From positions 16,185 through 80,184 of the forward strand of contig JAUHXC010000036.1 in assembly GCA_030427205.1 (NCBI GenBank): a DNA stretch of 64,000 bases, written 5' to 3'. The stretch is from a bacterium. GTDB taxonomy: Bacteria; Myxococcota_A; Bradymonadia; UBA7976; UBA1532. The notes below the pieces were generated by a model. It was not told the DNA's origin. It worked only from the letters and a program-made list of their open reading frames with translations, and searched no databases. The translations under genes and the position numbers were made by a program. Positions 37,825 to 47,900 of the stretch are shown here, in pieces (position 1 is the stretch's first letter; the number at the start of each line of letters is the position of its first letter).

Positions 37825-39710
37825 TGGCGCGCTCTCGGGCCGCTGGCGGCCGCTGGGCGGCCTCTGGGGGCATTCTGCCCGCGCGCCGGCGTCGCTTCGG
37901 CCCGATCCCGGCCCGCTCGACACTGCGCGGGCTGCCGCTGCGCGGGCTGATGCTGAGCGGGCTGATGCTGCTGGGGCTGCTGTTGCCGGCCGTCGCAGCG
38001 GCCGAGGGCACGCTGCGGGTGCGGGCCGACCAGACCGAGATCGAGCTCGGCGAGACCGTCACGCTCAAGATCCGCGCCGGCACCGACAGCGGCGCCCGCG
38101 GGCAGCTCGAGCTGGCGGCGCCGTCGCTGGACGACTGGAATCTGGTCGGCCAGTCGGAGTCGACCCGGGTCGATGGGTTTCGCGGCACCCGGACGACGAC
38201 CATCACCCTGCGGCTGCAGCCCAAGAAGGCCGGCACGCTGCGCATCGACCCCTTCACCCTCGAGCTGCCCACCGGGCCCATCCGCTCGGAAGCGATCAGC
38301 GTCACCGTGCGCGACGGCGGGGTCGCATCGCCCGACGCGCCGGCCACCCCCGGCCAGTCGCCGGCGACGCCCGGTACGCCGCCCTCCGAGGGGCCGCCCG
38401 ACGAGGTGGTCTTCCTGCGCTGGGAGGTCGACCGCGACAGCGTCTGGCTCGGCCAGCAGATCGACGCCCGGCTGTACATCTACGTGCGCGAGGGCATCGG
38501 CATCCGCGACTTCAAGCCGGGGGAGATCGACCTCGCCGGCTTCTGGAACGAGCAGCACCAGCAGAGCCGTCGCGCGCGGGCCCGACGGCTGGTGGTCGGC
38601 GGGCTGCGCTTCGAGCGGCAGGAGGTCGCCCACTACACGCTCTTCCCGCTGCGGGCCGGTGAGCGCGCGCTGCCCGAGGTGGGCGCGGAGATGATCGTGC
38701 GCCAGATGCGGGCCTTCGGCGGGCCGCGCAGCCTGATCAATCGGGTGGCGGCGCCGCTGAAGATCACCGTGCGGCCGCTGCCCGACGGCGCGCCCAAGGG
38801 CTTCGCCGGGCCGGCTGTCGGGCGGGCGCGGCTTTCGGCGGCGGTCGATCAGCGGCGCATCGACGCCAGCCAGGGGGTGCAGCTGACGCTGGTCACCCGC
38901 ATCGACGGGCTCATCCAGAACGTGCCGCCCGTCGAGCTGCCGGCGCTGGCTGACTTCAAGGTCTTCCCGGCGGGGGACGAGGCCCGCACCGAGCGCCGCT
39001 CGGGCAAGACCCGCGGGGTGCGCACCCAGAGCTGGCTGCTGCGGCCCAACCGCGGCGGCCGGCTGAAGATCCCCGCGCTGCAGCTGCCCTATTTCGACCC
39101 GGGGGCCGGGGCCTATCGCACCGCGCGCACCGCGCCGATCACGATCCAGGTGACCGGCGAGCCGGGGGTCGAGCAGGCGGAGGATACGCCGGCGGAGCGC
39201 GGGCCGGCCCTGCGCGACATCCACCCCGAGATCGACCCGCAGGCGACCGCCGAGGCCGAGCTGGGGGCGTGGTTCTGGGCCGCGTTGTTCGGCGCGCCGC
39301 TGCTGTTCTTGCTGGCCTGGGGCGGTGAGCGGCTGCGCGATCGACGGGACGCGACCGCCGGCAGCCGGGCGGCGCGCACCGCGGCCCGCGACGCCCGGCT
39401 GACGCTGGAGCGCATCGGCGAGAAGGGCGGCGAGGCCCGCGCCGGCTACAGCGCCGTCGCCCGGGCGATCATCGACTACCTCGAGACCCGCTTCGCGACG
39501 CCGTTCAACGGGCTCACCCGCGACGCCATGGCCGACGCGCTCACCGCCCGCGGGGCCGGGCGGGAGACGATCGACCGCCTGCTCGAAGAGCTCGACGCCT
39601 GCGACTTCGCCCGCTTCGCGCCGGCGGCCGACGCGGCGAGCGGGCTGGCGACGGCGGCCGGCCGGGCGGCGGACGCCATCGACGCGCTCGAGCGGGAGGT
39701 GAGCCGATGA
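37824..39710 (+). CDS. BatD-like protein (oxygen-tolerance family), secreted with C-terminal TM
   Basis: ATG overlaps the upstream stop. Signal peptide LMLLGLLLPAVAAAEG. C-terminal TM AWFWAALFGAPLLFLLAW. 628 aa. Confidence 0.75.
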   Translation: MARSRAAGGRWAASGGILPARRRRFGPIPARSTLRGLPLRGLMLSGLMLLGLLLPAVAAAEGTLRVRADQTEIELGETVTLKIRAGTDSGARGQLELAAPSLDDWNLVGQSESTRVDGFRGTRTTTITLRLQPKKAGTLRIDPFTLELPTGPIRSEAISVTVRDGGVASPDAPATPGQSPATPGTPPSEGPPDEVVFLRWEVDRDSVWLGQQIDARLYIYVREGIGIRDFKPGEIDLAGFWNEQHQQSRRARARRLVVGGLRFERQEVAHYTLFPLRAGERALPEVGAEMIVRQMRAFGGPRSLINRVAAPLKITVRPLPDGAPKGFAGPAVGRARLSAAVDQRRIDASQGVQLTLVTRIDGLIQNVPPVELPALADFKVFPAGDEARTERRSGKTRGVRTQSWLLRPNRGGRLKIPALQLPYFDPGAGAYRTARTAPITIQVTGEPGVEQAEDTPAERGPALRDIHPEIDPQATAEAELGAWFWAALFGAPLLFLLAWGGERLRDRRDATAGSRAARTAARDARLTLERIGEKGGEARAGYSAVARAIIDYLETRFATPFNGLTRDAMADALTARGAGRETIDRLLEELDACDFARFAPAADAASGLATAAGRAADAIDALEREVSR

Positions 39711-40528
39711 AGGCCCTGCTCGCGAGGTGCCTGCTCGGGCTGCTGATCACGGCGCTGCCCGCCGCGGCGCAGGAGACCGCGGCGCCGGAAGCCGCGGCGC
39801 CGGACGGCGTGGCCGCGGCGGTCTCCGCAGGCAAAGAGGCCTTCTGGAAGGGCGACTTCACCGCCGCCGAGCAGGCCTACGCCCGCGCCGTCGAGCAGGC
39901 GCCCACCGTGCCCGACCTCTGGTACAACCGCGGCACCGCCGCCGCCCGGGCCGAGCGCCCGGGTCCGGCGATGCACGCCTTCGAGCAGGCGCTGCTGCTC
40001 GCGCCGGGGCACGCCGACGCGGCGCACAACCTCGGCGTGGTCCGCCAGCAGGTCGTCGAGGCGGCCCTCGCCGGGCGCGCGTCGGACAAGCGCAGCATCC
40101 TGCCCGGCGAAGACGACGCCGGCACCGGCCTGCTGACCGCGCTCTCGCCGCGCAGCCTGGGCATCCTCTTCGCCATCGGTTGGATCCTGCTCTTCGCCGG
40201 CCTGCACGTGGGCCGGCGCACTCGCACGGCGTCGGTGCGCACCGCCGCCAGCTTCGCCGCGGTCGTCTTCGGCCTCGTCGCGCTCGGCGCCGGCGCGCTG
40301 CTCTACGGGCGGCAGTCGGTGGTCGGCGATCGGCTCTACGGCGTCGTCGCCAACGAGGGCCCGGCCCGCCAGGGCCCGGGCGAGCAGTATCCGGTCGTGG
40401 CCGGCGTCCTGCCCGGGGTCAAGGTGCGCCTCGGCGGCGAAGAGGGCGCCTGGCGCCAGGTCATCCTGCCCGACGGCGGCGGCGCCTGGATGCCCGCCGA
40501 GCAGGTCCTGCCGTTGCTGCGGCCCTGA
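39707..40528 (+). CDS. BatE-like TPR + SH3-like domain protein
   Basis: Signal peptide. TPR helices. Internal TM segments. C-terminal RLYGVVANEGPARQGPGEQYPVVAGVLPGVKVRLGGEEGAWRQVILPDGGGAWMPAEQV fits SH3b. Confidence 0.7.
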   Translation: MKALLARCLLGLLITALPAAAQETAAPEAAAPDGVAAAVSAGKEAFWKGDFTAAEQAYARAVEQAPTVPDLWYNRGTAAARAERPGPAMHAFEQALLLAPGHADAAHNLGVVRQQVVEAALAGRASDKRSILPGEDDAGTGLLTALSPRSLGILFAIGWILLFAGLHVGRRTRTASVRTAASFAAVVFGLVALGAGALLYGRQSVVGDRLYGVVANEGPARQGPGEQYPVVAGVLPGVKVRLGGEEGAWRQVILPDGGGAWMPAEQVLPLLRP

Positions 40529-40650
40529 CCCGAGTCGGCCGAAGCCCCACCTCAGGCGGGGCGTTGCCGCGCCGGGCCATCCTGTGAGATACGGCAGCAC
40601 GGTCGCCGGGCACGCGCGCGCGGGCCGCACCCTACCCGAGAGGTCCACCC

Positions 40651-42396
40651 ATGCACGTCGTCCGTTCTGCCCGTTCACTCGCCCTGGCGCTCATCGTCGC
40701 GTTGGGCGGCGCCTGCGACTCGGGGGACCCCGCCGAGCAGCCCCCGCTCGACATGGCGCCTGCGCCCGATATGTCGCTCGCGCTCGACATGAGCCCCGAC
40801 ATGCCGCCGGCGCCCGACGCGGGTCCCGATATGGCGCCCGCGCCCGACATGAGCCCCGACATGGCGCCCGACCCCCCGCCGGCGCGCTTCGAGCAGCTCG
40901 ACCGCTGCCTCGAAGACGTCATCGCCGGCAGCCCGGCCAGCGGCGCGGCGGTGGTCGTCGTCGAGCGCGGCGCGCTGGCCCACGCCGCGGGCCTCGGGCA
41001 TCGCAACGACCCCGACGCCACCCCCGTCGAGCCGAGCACCCTGTTCCGCTTCGCTTCGATCCTCAAGGGCATGACCGCGCTGGCCCTCTTCACCGAGGTC
41101 GAAGCGGGCAACCTCGACGTGCAGACGCCCGTCGCCGAGCTGCTGCCGGCCCTCGCCGAACACGCCGACCCGCGCTGGCAGACGCTCACCGTGCACCACT
41201 TGCTGACCCATCAGGGCGGCTTCGCCGACTACGGCGGGGTGCAGGCGCCGGGCGAGCCCGACAGCGTGCTCGGCGAGGTGGTCGAGAGCGCCGCGTTCGC
41301 CGAGGCGGCCTACTTCATGGTCGATCCGGGCACCTTCTACAACTACGCCAACCCCAACTACATGCTCGCCGGGCGGGTGCTCGAGGTGCTGACCGGCCAG
41401 AGCTATCGCGAGGCGATGCAGGCGCGGGTCTTCGCGCCGCTGGGTATGCAGCGGGCCATGTTCCGCCCGGTCGACGTCATCGCCGATGGCGACTACGCCC
41501 GCGGCTCGAGCGTGGACCCCGAGTCGGGCAGCGCGGTGCCGGTGCCCGCCGACGCCTATGACAGCGTATGGGGCCGCCCGGCGGGCATGGGCTGGGCCTC
41601 GGCGCTCGACCTCGCCCGCTACGTACAGTTCGTCATCGACGGGGGCCACCTCGGGGATGACCTCGACCCCGAGCCCTGGCTGCCGCCCGTCGGCCCCGAG
41701 ACCTGGCAGGCGTGGCGCGCCGAGCAGATCGAGGCCGAGTCGCACCTCATCCGCTACGGCGCGGCCCACGGCCTGATCATCGGCCAGGGGTTCTACATCG
41801 AGCGGCAGTACCACCCCATCACCACCGTGGGCCACGACGGCAACCTGCAGGGCTATACCAGCGTGATGCTCACCGCGCCCGAGCTGGACCTCGGCGCGCT
41901 GGTGCTGATCAACAGCGACTTCCTCAACGGCCCGTTGCACGGTTGCCTGAATACGCTGCTCACCACGAGCGAAGCCGCGCCCGGACCCGCCGAGCCACCC
42001 GTTCGCTGGCCCGACCCGCAGACCTTGGGCGACTACGTCGGCACCTTCGACGGCGGCCCCTGGCTGGGCACGATCATCATCAGCCTCGACGAGGCGGCCG
42101 GTCTGGTGCTCGACCTGCCCGACGCCGCAGCCGAGGGCATCCCCTTCGAGACGACCGTGCTGCCCTTCGCGCGGGACGTCTTCGTCGTCGACATCTACGA
42201 CTACCAACGCTTCGTCACCGGCATCCGCCTCGCGCCCGACGAGCCGGTGCACTACCTGCGCAGCCGGTATTTCGTCGGCCACCGCGTCGACGAGGCACCC
42301 CAGCAGAAGCGCCGGCGCGCCCTCGATGTCGAGCCGCTGCGCCGCCCCCGCCTGCTCTCCGAGCCCCTGCCGCCGGCCGCCGATCCGCGTCGCTGA
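40651..42396 (+). CDS. beta-lactamase-family serine hydrolase lipoprotein with N-terminal (PAPDM)n linker
   Basis: Lipobox LGGAC. SxxK motif FRFASILKGMTA. 581 aa. Confidence 0.85.
   Translation: MHVVRSARSLALALIVALGGACDSGDPAEQPPLDMAPAPDMSLALDMSPDMPPAPDAGPDMAPAPDMSPDMAPDPPPARFEQLDRCLEDVIAGSPASGAAVVVVERGALAHAAGLGHRNDPDATPVEPSTLFRFASILKGMTALALFTEVEAGNLDVQTPVAELLPALAEHADPRWQTLTVHHLLTHQGGFADYGGVQAPGEPDSVLGEVVESAAFAEAAYFMVDPGTFYNYANPNYMLAGRVLEVLTGQSYREAMQARVFAPLGMQRAMFRPVDVIADGDYARGSSVDPESGSAVPVPADAYDSVWGRPAGMGWASALDLARYVQFVIDGGHLGDDLDPEPWLPPVGPETWQAWRAEQIEAESHLIRYGAAHGLIIGQGFYIERQYHPITTVGHDGNLQGYTSVMLTAPELDLGALVLINSDFLNGPLHGCLNTLLTTSEAAPGPAEPPVRWPDPQTLGDYVGTFDGGPWLGTIIISLDEAAGLVLDLPDAAAEGIPFETTVLPFARDVFVVDIYDYQRFVTGIRLAPDEPVHYLRSRYFVGHRVDEAPQQKRRRALDVEPLRRPRLLSEPLPPAADPRR
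40748..40880. repeat. imperfect 12-15 bp tandem repeats (gcccgacatg...) encoding MAPAPDMSLALDMSPDMPPAPDAGPDMAPAPDMSPDMAPDPPP
   Basis: Read directly from the sequence. Confidence 0.6.
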
Positions 42397-42443
42397 CGAC
42401 GATCACCGGTCGATCCGCGCTCCCGAATACGCTATTTTTACAT

Positions 42444-42472
42444 TTGGCGATATTTTTCACTCTTGCTGTATA
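42444..42472 (+). promoter_or_regulatory. putative sigma70-type promoter in an AT-rich patch (TTGGCG-N17-TGTATA) upstream of the tail-fibre-like gene
   Basis: The only strongly AT-rich stretch for kilobases (gctatttttacatttggcgatatttttcactcttgctgtataggg). RBS GAAGGAG just before ATG 42490. Confidence 0.25.
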
Positions 42473-42489
42473 GGGTGAAGGAGCCGGAC

Positions 42490-44949
42490 ATGCGCATCTC
42501 CTCCCTTCGGACTCTCGTGGTCCTGGCCGCGCTCGGCGCGCTGCTCGCGCCCGCGGCGGCGTGGGCCCTGCCCGATCACATCTTGCAGGAGGGCCTGCTG
42601 CTCGACGCGGACGAGCTGCCGCTCGAGGGTCAGCACCGGCTGCGGGTGCGCCTGTACCCGACCGCGGCCGGCGGCGCGCCGATCTTCGAGGAGGTCCACC
42701 CGGCGGTGGTGGTCTTCCAGGGCTACTACGCCATCGCGATCGGCAGCGAGCAGGCGCTGCCACCGGGGCTCTTCGGTCAGCCGGAGCTGTACCTCGGGTT
42801 GTCGATCGACGGCGGGGCCGAGCTGACGCCGCGCACCGCGCTGAGCAAGGTGCCGGCGGCGTTTCATGCCGATGTCGCCGTCGACGCGGTGGGGGACATC
42901 CACCCGACGTCGGTCAGCATCGGCGAGCGGCAGGTGATCGACGGCAACGGCCGCTGGGTGGGTGATCCGACCGGGCTGCGCGGGCCGCAGGGACCGCGGG
43001 GGCCGGCGGGCGCCGAAGGGCCGCAGGGGCCGGAGGGCCCGCGGGGCGCGGCGGGCGGTGACGGCTCGCCGGATACCCCGCAGCAGGTGCGCGACAAGCT
43101 CGTGCAGGCCGACGGGGCCGGCTCGGGGATCGACGCCGACCTCTTCGACGGGCTCAACAGCAACCAGTTCGTGCGCACCGCGGCGCAGGTGCGCGATCTG
43201 CTGCGCACGGTGGACGGGGCCGGCTCGGGGGTGGACGCCGATCGCTTCGACGGGCTCGACAGCAGCCAGTTCGTGCGCACGGCGGCGCAGGTGCGTGATC
43301 TGCTGCGCACGGTGGACGGGGCCGGCTCGGGGGTGGACGCGGATCGGCTCGACGGCGTGGACAGCAGCCAGTTCGTGCGCACCGCCAATCAGGTGCGCGA
43401 CCTGCTGCGTACGGTGGACGGGGCCGGCTCGGGGGTCGACGCCGACCGCCTCGACGGGCTGGACAGCAGCCAGTTCTTGCGCGCGGACGGCAACGTCACC
43501 ATCAACGGCAACCTGACCGTCAACGGCACGATCAGCAGCCCGCAGCCCACGAGCCTGAAGGTCTTCAGCGGCAACAACCCGCCGGCGGCCTGCAACGGCG
43601 GCAACCGCGGCATGCTGTACTACGACACCAACGACGGGGTCTTCATGGGCTGCAACGGCGCGGCGTGGATCCCGCTGAGCGGCGCGGGCCAGGACAGCCT
43701 CGGCCGGGGCAACGTGCAGGTCAGCGGGCACTTCGGCGATACCCGCTCGACGCCCAACGGCTGGAGCAACCTGCCCGGGCGCGACGTGACGTTCAACAAG
43801 CGGCGGGCCGACACCGTGCTGCGGGTGACGTGGCAGGACGTGCTCGGCTACCACATGGTGGGCCACGGCTGGGGCTGCCGCTGGCGCTTGACCATCGACG
43901 GCGCGGTGCACGATCGGGCGGTCAACAGCCACACCAGCACCGCCCGCGGCTGGCGCATCCAGCCGATTCAGCAGGAGTGGATCGTGCAGGGTCTGGGCGC
44001 GGGCAACCACCGCTACCGGATCCAGCTCTATCGGCCCGACAGCAATACTTCGAGCGAGTGCCTGGCCGGCTGGCCCAACGGCGACACCCACAACTTCATC
44101 GCCGTCGAAGAGGTCGAGCCGGGCAACATCGCCGTCGCCCGCCACTTCGGCGATACCCGCTCGTCGCCCGGCGGCTGGGGCGACCTGCCCGGGCGGGCGA
44201 TCACCATCACCAAGGACCGCGACGATACCTACCTGCAGATCAGCTACCAGGACGTGCTGGGCTATCACATGGTGGGCCACAGCTGGGGCTGCCGCTATCG
44301 GCTGACGATGAACGGGCAGGCCGTCGATCGCACGTTCAGCCAGCACACCGGCAGCACCCGCGGCTGGCGCATCGACCCGCGCAACCTGACCTGGGTCATC
44401 GACGGGGTCAACCGCGGGCAATATACCTTCCGCATCCAGAACTACAGACCCAACGCCGGCTCGACCAGCGAGTGCCTGGCGGGTTGGCCCAACGGCGATA
44501 CGGCCAACCACCTCAGCGTGCGCGAGCTCGACCGGGATACGATCTCGATCCGGCGGCATATGTCCGATCGGCGCGATACGCCCAACGGCTGGAGCTATCT
44601 GCCCGAGCGCGACGTCAGCCACGTCAAGCAGGCCGGCGGCACCCGGATCCGGGTCACCTACATGGACACCCTGGGCTATCACATGGTGGGCCACGGCTGG
44701 GGCTGCCGCTGGCGGCTGGTGGTCGACAACAACGCCTACGGGCGGCCGATCAATACCCACACCAGCACCGGCCGTGGCTGGCGCATCGACCCGACCCGGC
44801 TCGAGTGGATCGTGCCCAACCTGGGGGCGGGCAATCACCGCTATCGCATCCAGCTCTATCGCCCGTCGGCTAATACGTCGAGCGAGTGCCTGGCCGGCTG
44901 GCCCAACGGCGAGACCGGCAACTTCTTGATGGTGCAGGAGGTCGACTGA
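42490..44949 (+). CDS. secreted collagen-like / phage-tail-fibre-repeat protein with three 138-aa C-terminal beta-rich repeat domains
   Basis: Signal peptide LVVLAALGALLAPAAAWA. Ten Gly-X-Y triplets (GLRGPQGPRGPAGAEGPQGPEGPRGAAGGDG). Four copies of the 35-aa repeat DGAGSGVDADRLDGLDSSQFVRTAAQVRDLLRTV, a phage tail-fibre-type motif. Three repeats of HFGDTRS.PNGW..LPGR...GYHMVGHGWGCRWRL...NHRYRIQLYRP...SECLAGWPNGDT. Confidence 0.85.
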   Translation: MRISSLRTLVVLAALGALLAPAAAWALPDHILQEGLLLDADELPLEGQHRLRVRLYPTAAGGAPIFEEVHPAVVVFQGYYAIAIGSEQALPPGLFGQPELYLGLSIDGGAELTPRTALSKVPAAFHADVAVDAVGDIHPTSVSIGERQVIDGNGRWVGDPTGLRGPQGPRGPAGAEGPQGPEGPRGAAGGDGSPDTPQQVRDKLVQADGAGSGIDADLFDGLNSNQFVRTAAQVRDLLRTVDGAGSGVDADRFDGLDSSQFVRTAAQVRDLLRTVDGAGSGVDADRLDGVDSSQFVRTANQVRDLLRTVDGAGSGVDADRLDGLDSSQFLRADGNVTINGNLTVNGTISSPQPTSLKVFSGNNPPAACNGGNRGMLYYDTNDGVFMGCNGAAWIPLSGAGQDSLGRGNVQVSGHFGDTRSTPNGWSNLPGRDVTFNKRRADTVLRVTWQDVLGYHMVGHGWGCRWRLTIDGAVHDRAVNSHTSTARGWRIQPIQQEWIVQGLGAGNHRYRIQLYRPDSNTSSECLAGWPNGDTHNFIAVEEVEPGNIAVARHFGDTRSSPGGWGDLPGRAITITKDRDDTYLQISYQDVLGYHMVGHSWGCRYRLTMNGQAVDRTFSQHTGSTRGWRIDPRNLTWVIDGVNRGQYTFRIQNYRPNAGSTSECLAGWPNGDTANHLSVRELDRDTISIRRHMSDRRDTPNGWSYLPERDVSHVKQAGGTRIRVTYMDTLGYHMVGHGWGCRWRLVVDNNAYGRPINTHTSTGRGWRIDPTRLEWIVPNLGAGNHRYRIQLYRPSANTSSECLAGWPNGETGNFLMVQEVD
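43111..43485. repeat. near-identical 105-bp tandem repeats x3.5 (35-aa tail-fibre-type units)
   Basis: DNA copies differ at only a few positions. Confidence 0.8.
43729..44946. repeat. three diverged 414-bp (138-aa) tandem domain repeats
   Basis: Repeat boundaries at aa 414, 552 and 690 of the protein. Confidence 0.75.
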
Positions 44950-44950
44950 C

Positions 44951-47900
44951 GTGCAGGCCTCGCGGGGAGGAGGCGCGCTGCTCGTATTGCTGGGCTGCGC
45001 GATGGGCTTTTGGGGCTGTGACGGCGACGGGGGCGACCCGGCCGCCGACATGATGCAGGCGACGGCCGACGGTTCGGGCGGCAGCGGCGGCGCGGGCGGC
45101 ATGATGGCCGAAGACGTCGGCCCCGATATCGACGCCGGCTGTCCGTGCCCCGGGCAGCAGACGTGCGACGCCGCTGGAGCCTGCGTCGAGCCCGAGGTCT
45201 GCGCCGACGACGTCGACTGCCTCGCCGGGCGGCTGTGCCTCGAGGGCGCGTGTCGTCAGGCGTGCCTCGGCGACGGCGAGTGCGGCGACGGCGAGCGCTG
45301 TGATCCCGAGGCGGCGGTCTGCGTGCCCGACATGCGCTGCATGGACGACGGCGACTGCCCCGACGGGGCGTGCGACGACGGCGAGTGCGTCGCCCCCTGC
45401 GTCGACGGTATGTGCCCCGGGCAGCAGACCTGCGATCCGGCCACCGGCGACTGCGTCGAGCCGGCGGTCTGCGCCGAGGACGTCGACTGCCTCGACGGGC
45501 GCATCTGCCTCGACGGGGCCTGCGCGACGCCGTGCGGCGAGGCGGCCGACTGCCCGGGGGCCCAGCAATGCGCGATGGGCCGCTGCGCCGAGCCGGACGT
45601 CTGCACCGCCGACCTGGACTGCGTCGCCGATCGGCTGTGCGTGGCCGACGCCTGCGCCGATCCGTGCGGGCGGGCGGGCTGCCCGGGCGGGCTGGTCTGC
45701 GACGGCGGCAGCGGGCGCTGCGACGAGGCCGACCCCTGCGCCGACGACGGCGGCTGCTTCGCCGGCCGCCGCTGCGCCGAGGGGCTGTGCGTCGACCCGT
45801 GCGTCGAAGACGCCGAGTGCGTCGGGGCCGAGGTCTGCCGCGAGGGCCTGTGCATCATGCCGGTGGACTGCGACTTCGACGCGGCGTGCGGGCCCGGGCG
45901 GGTCTGCGTCGAGGGCGCCTGCCAGGACGGCTGCCCGGCGATGCCCTGCCCCGAGGGCGCGATCTGCGACAACGCGAGCGGGCGCTGCGTGGTGCCCGGC
46001 GGCTGCGTCGAGGCGGCGGATTGCCAGGGGGCGCAGACCTGCGAGGGTGGATTCTGCGTCGAGCCGGCGTTCTGCAACGGCGACGTCGACTGCCTCGAAG
46101 GCCGCGTCTGCCGCGACGGCGCCTGCGTGGGGCTGTGCGAGCGGGACGTCGACTGCGCCGGCAGCCAGCTCTGCGAGGGCGGTCAATGTGTCGAAGGGCC
46201 CCGCTGCGGTGACGATGACGACTGCCTCGGCGGGCGGCGCTGCGCCCCCGATCTGGCGGCGTGTATCGATCCGTGCCCCGACGGGTTCTGCCCGGGCGGC
46301 CTGGCCTGCGTCGACGGCCTCTGCACCGAGCCGCCGGCCTGCAACGACGACGTCGACTGCGCCGGGACCCGCTTCTGCCGGCTGAACGCCTGCTTCTCGG
46401 CGGGCCTCGACGGCCCCTGTGAGGGCCGAGACGCGTGCCCCGAGGCCTGCGTCGACTTCGACTGCGCCGACGCGGTGCCCGGGGCCTGCGATTGCCCCGA
46501 GGGCTGGGGCTGTATCGACGATGGCTGCGTCGCGCCGGGCCCGTGCGGGCGCTGCCCCGACGGCTGGCAGTGCGCCGACGACGGCCGCTGCCTGCGCTGC
46601 GTCGCCGACGGCGACTGCCCCGGCGGCGGGGTGTGCGACCGCGGCGCGTGCGTCGATCCGCCGGCCTGCGAAGACGACGCGGACTGCCTGCCGGGCCATC
46701 GCTGCCCGTTCGGGCGCTGCGAGATCGATTTCGCCGCGTGCCAGGACGATCCGATCGCCGGCGCGGGGCCCGATCTGGCGACGCTGCTGCCGCCGCTGGC
46801 CCTCACCCGGCTGACCGCCTGCGACGGCGTCTCCGACTGGTTCCGGGTGGGCGACGCCGATGACGCGCTGCGGGTGACGGTGCGCTTCGCCGCCGACGTC
46901 GCGCCGCCGCGGGTGCGGCTGTACCCGGTGCTCGATCCGGGTACGCCGCTGGCCGAGGCCGAGCCGCAGCCCGGCGAGGCCCGGGTGTCCGCGGGTCCGG
47001 GCGACTATCTGATCGAAGTCCGGGCGGCGCCCGGCGCGTCGATCGACTATGGCGTCGAGTTCGAGCAGGGCGTCGAGTGCGCCGCCGATCGCTTCGAGCG
47101 CCCGTGGGCCAATGACGACCGCGAGCGGGCGCGCACGGTGCCGCCGGGTGTCATCGCGGGCACGCTGTGCGCCGGCGACGAGGACTGGTTCCGCATCGAC
47201 GTGCCGCGGCGCATGCAGGTCAGCATCGAGGGGGCGACCGCCGAGGTGGACGGCCGGCGGGCCCCGTTGGCCACCGAAGGCCCGCTCACCGTTCGGGTCT
47301 CGGCCCTCGGTCGCGCCGACTACACCCTCAGCGTGCTGCCGGTGGCCGACCCCGAAGCGGCCTGTGAGCAGGCCGGGCCGCTGGCGTTCGGGGTCGACGA
47401 AGACGCCACCGTCGAAGCCGGCGGCGACGACTTCGCGCCCGCTTGCGGGGCGGCGGGCGGCGCCGAGCGGGTCTTTGCGCTCGATGTGCCGCGCGCCGGG
47501 CGACTGACCGCCGATCTGAACGGCGTCGGCGGGGCGCTTTACCTCTATGGTGACTGCGCCGACGCGCCGCTGGCCTGCTCGGCGGCCGCGGGCGGCATCG
47601 ACACCGAGGTCGAGGAGGGCAGCTACCGCCTCGTCGTCGACGGGCCGTTCGAGGGCACCGTGCGCGTCGATCTGGAGGCGGTGTCGATCCTGTGCGACGA
47701 CCCGCCGCCGCTCGAGCCCGGGCAGACCGAGATCCCGCTGCCCGTCGGCCCGGCCGACATCGGCGGGGGCTGCACCGACCCCGAGCTGGGGGCGGTCGTG
47801 CGCCGCATCGAGGTGGCCGAGCCGTCCATCGCCCGCCTCGCGCTGCAGGGCGGCGGCCCCGAGGCGCTGGTCTCGATCCGCGACGACTGCGCGGCGGTCG

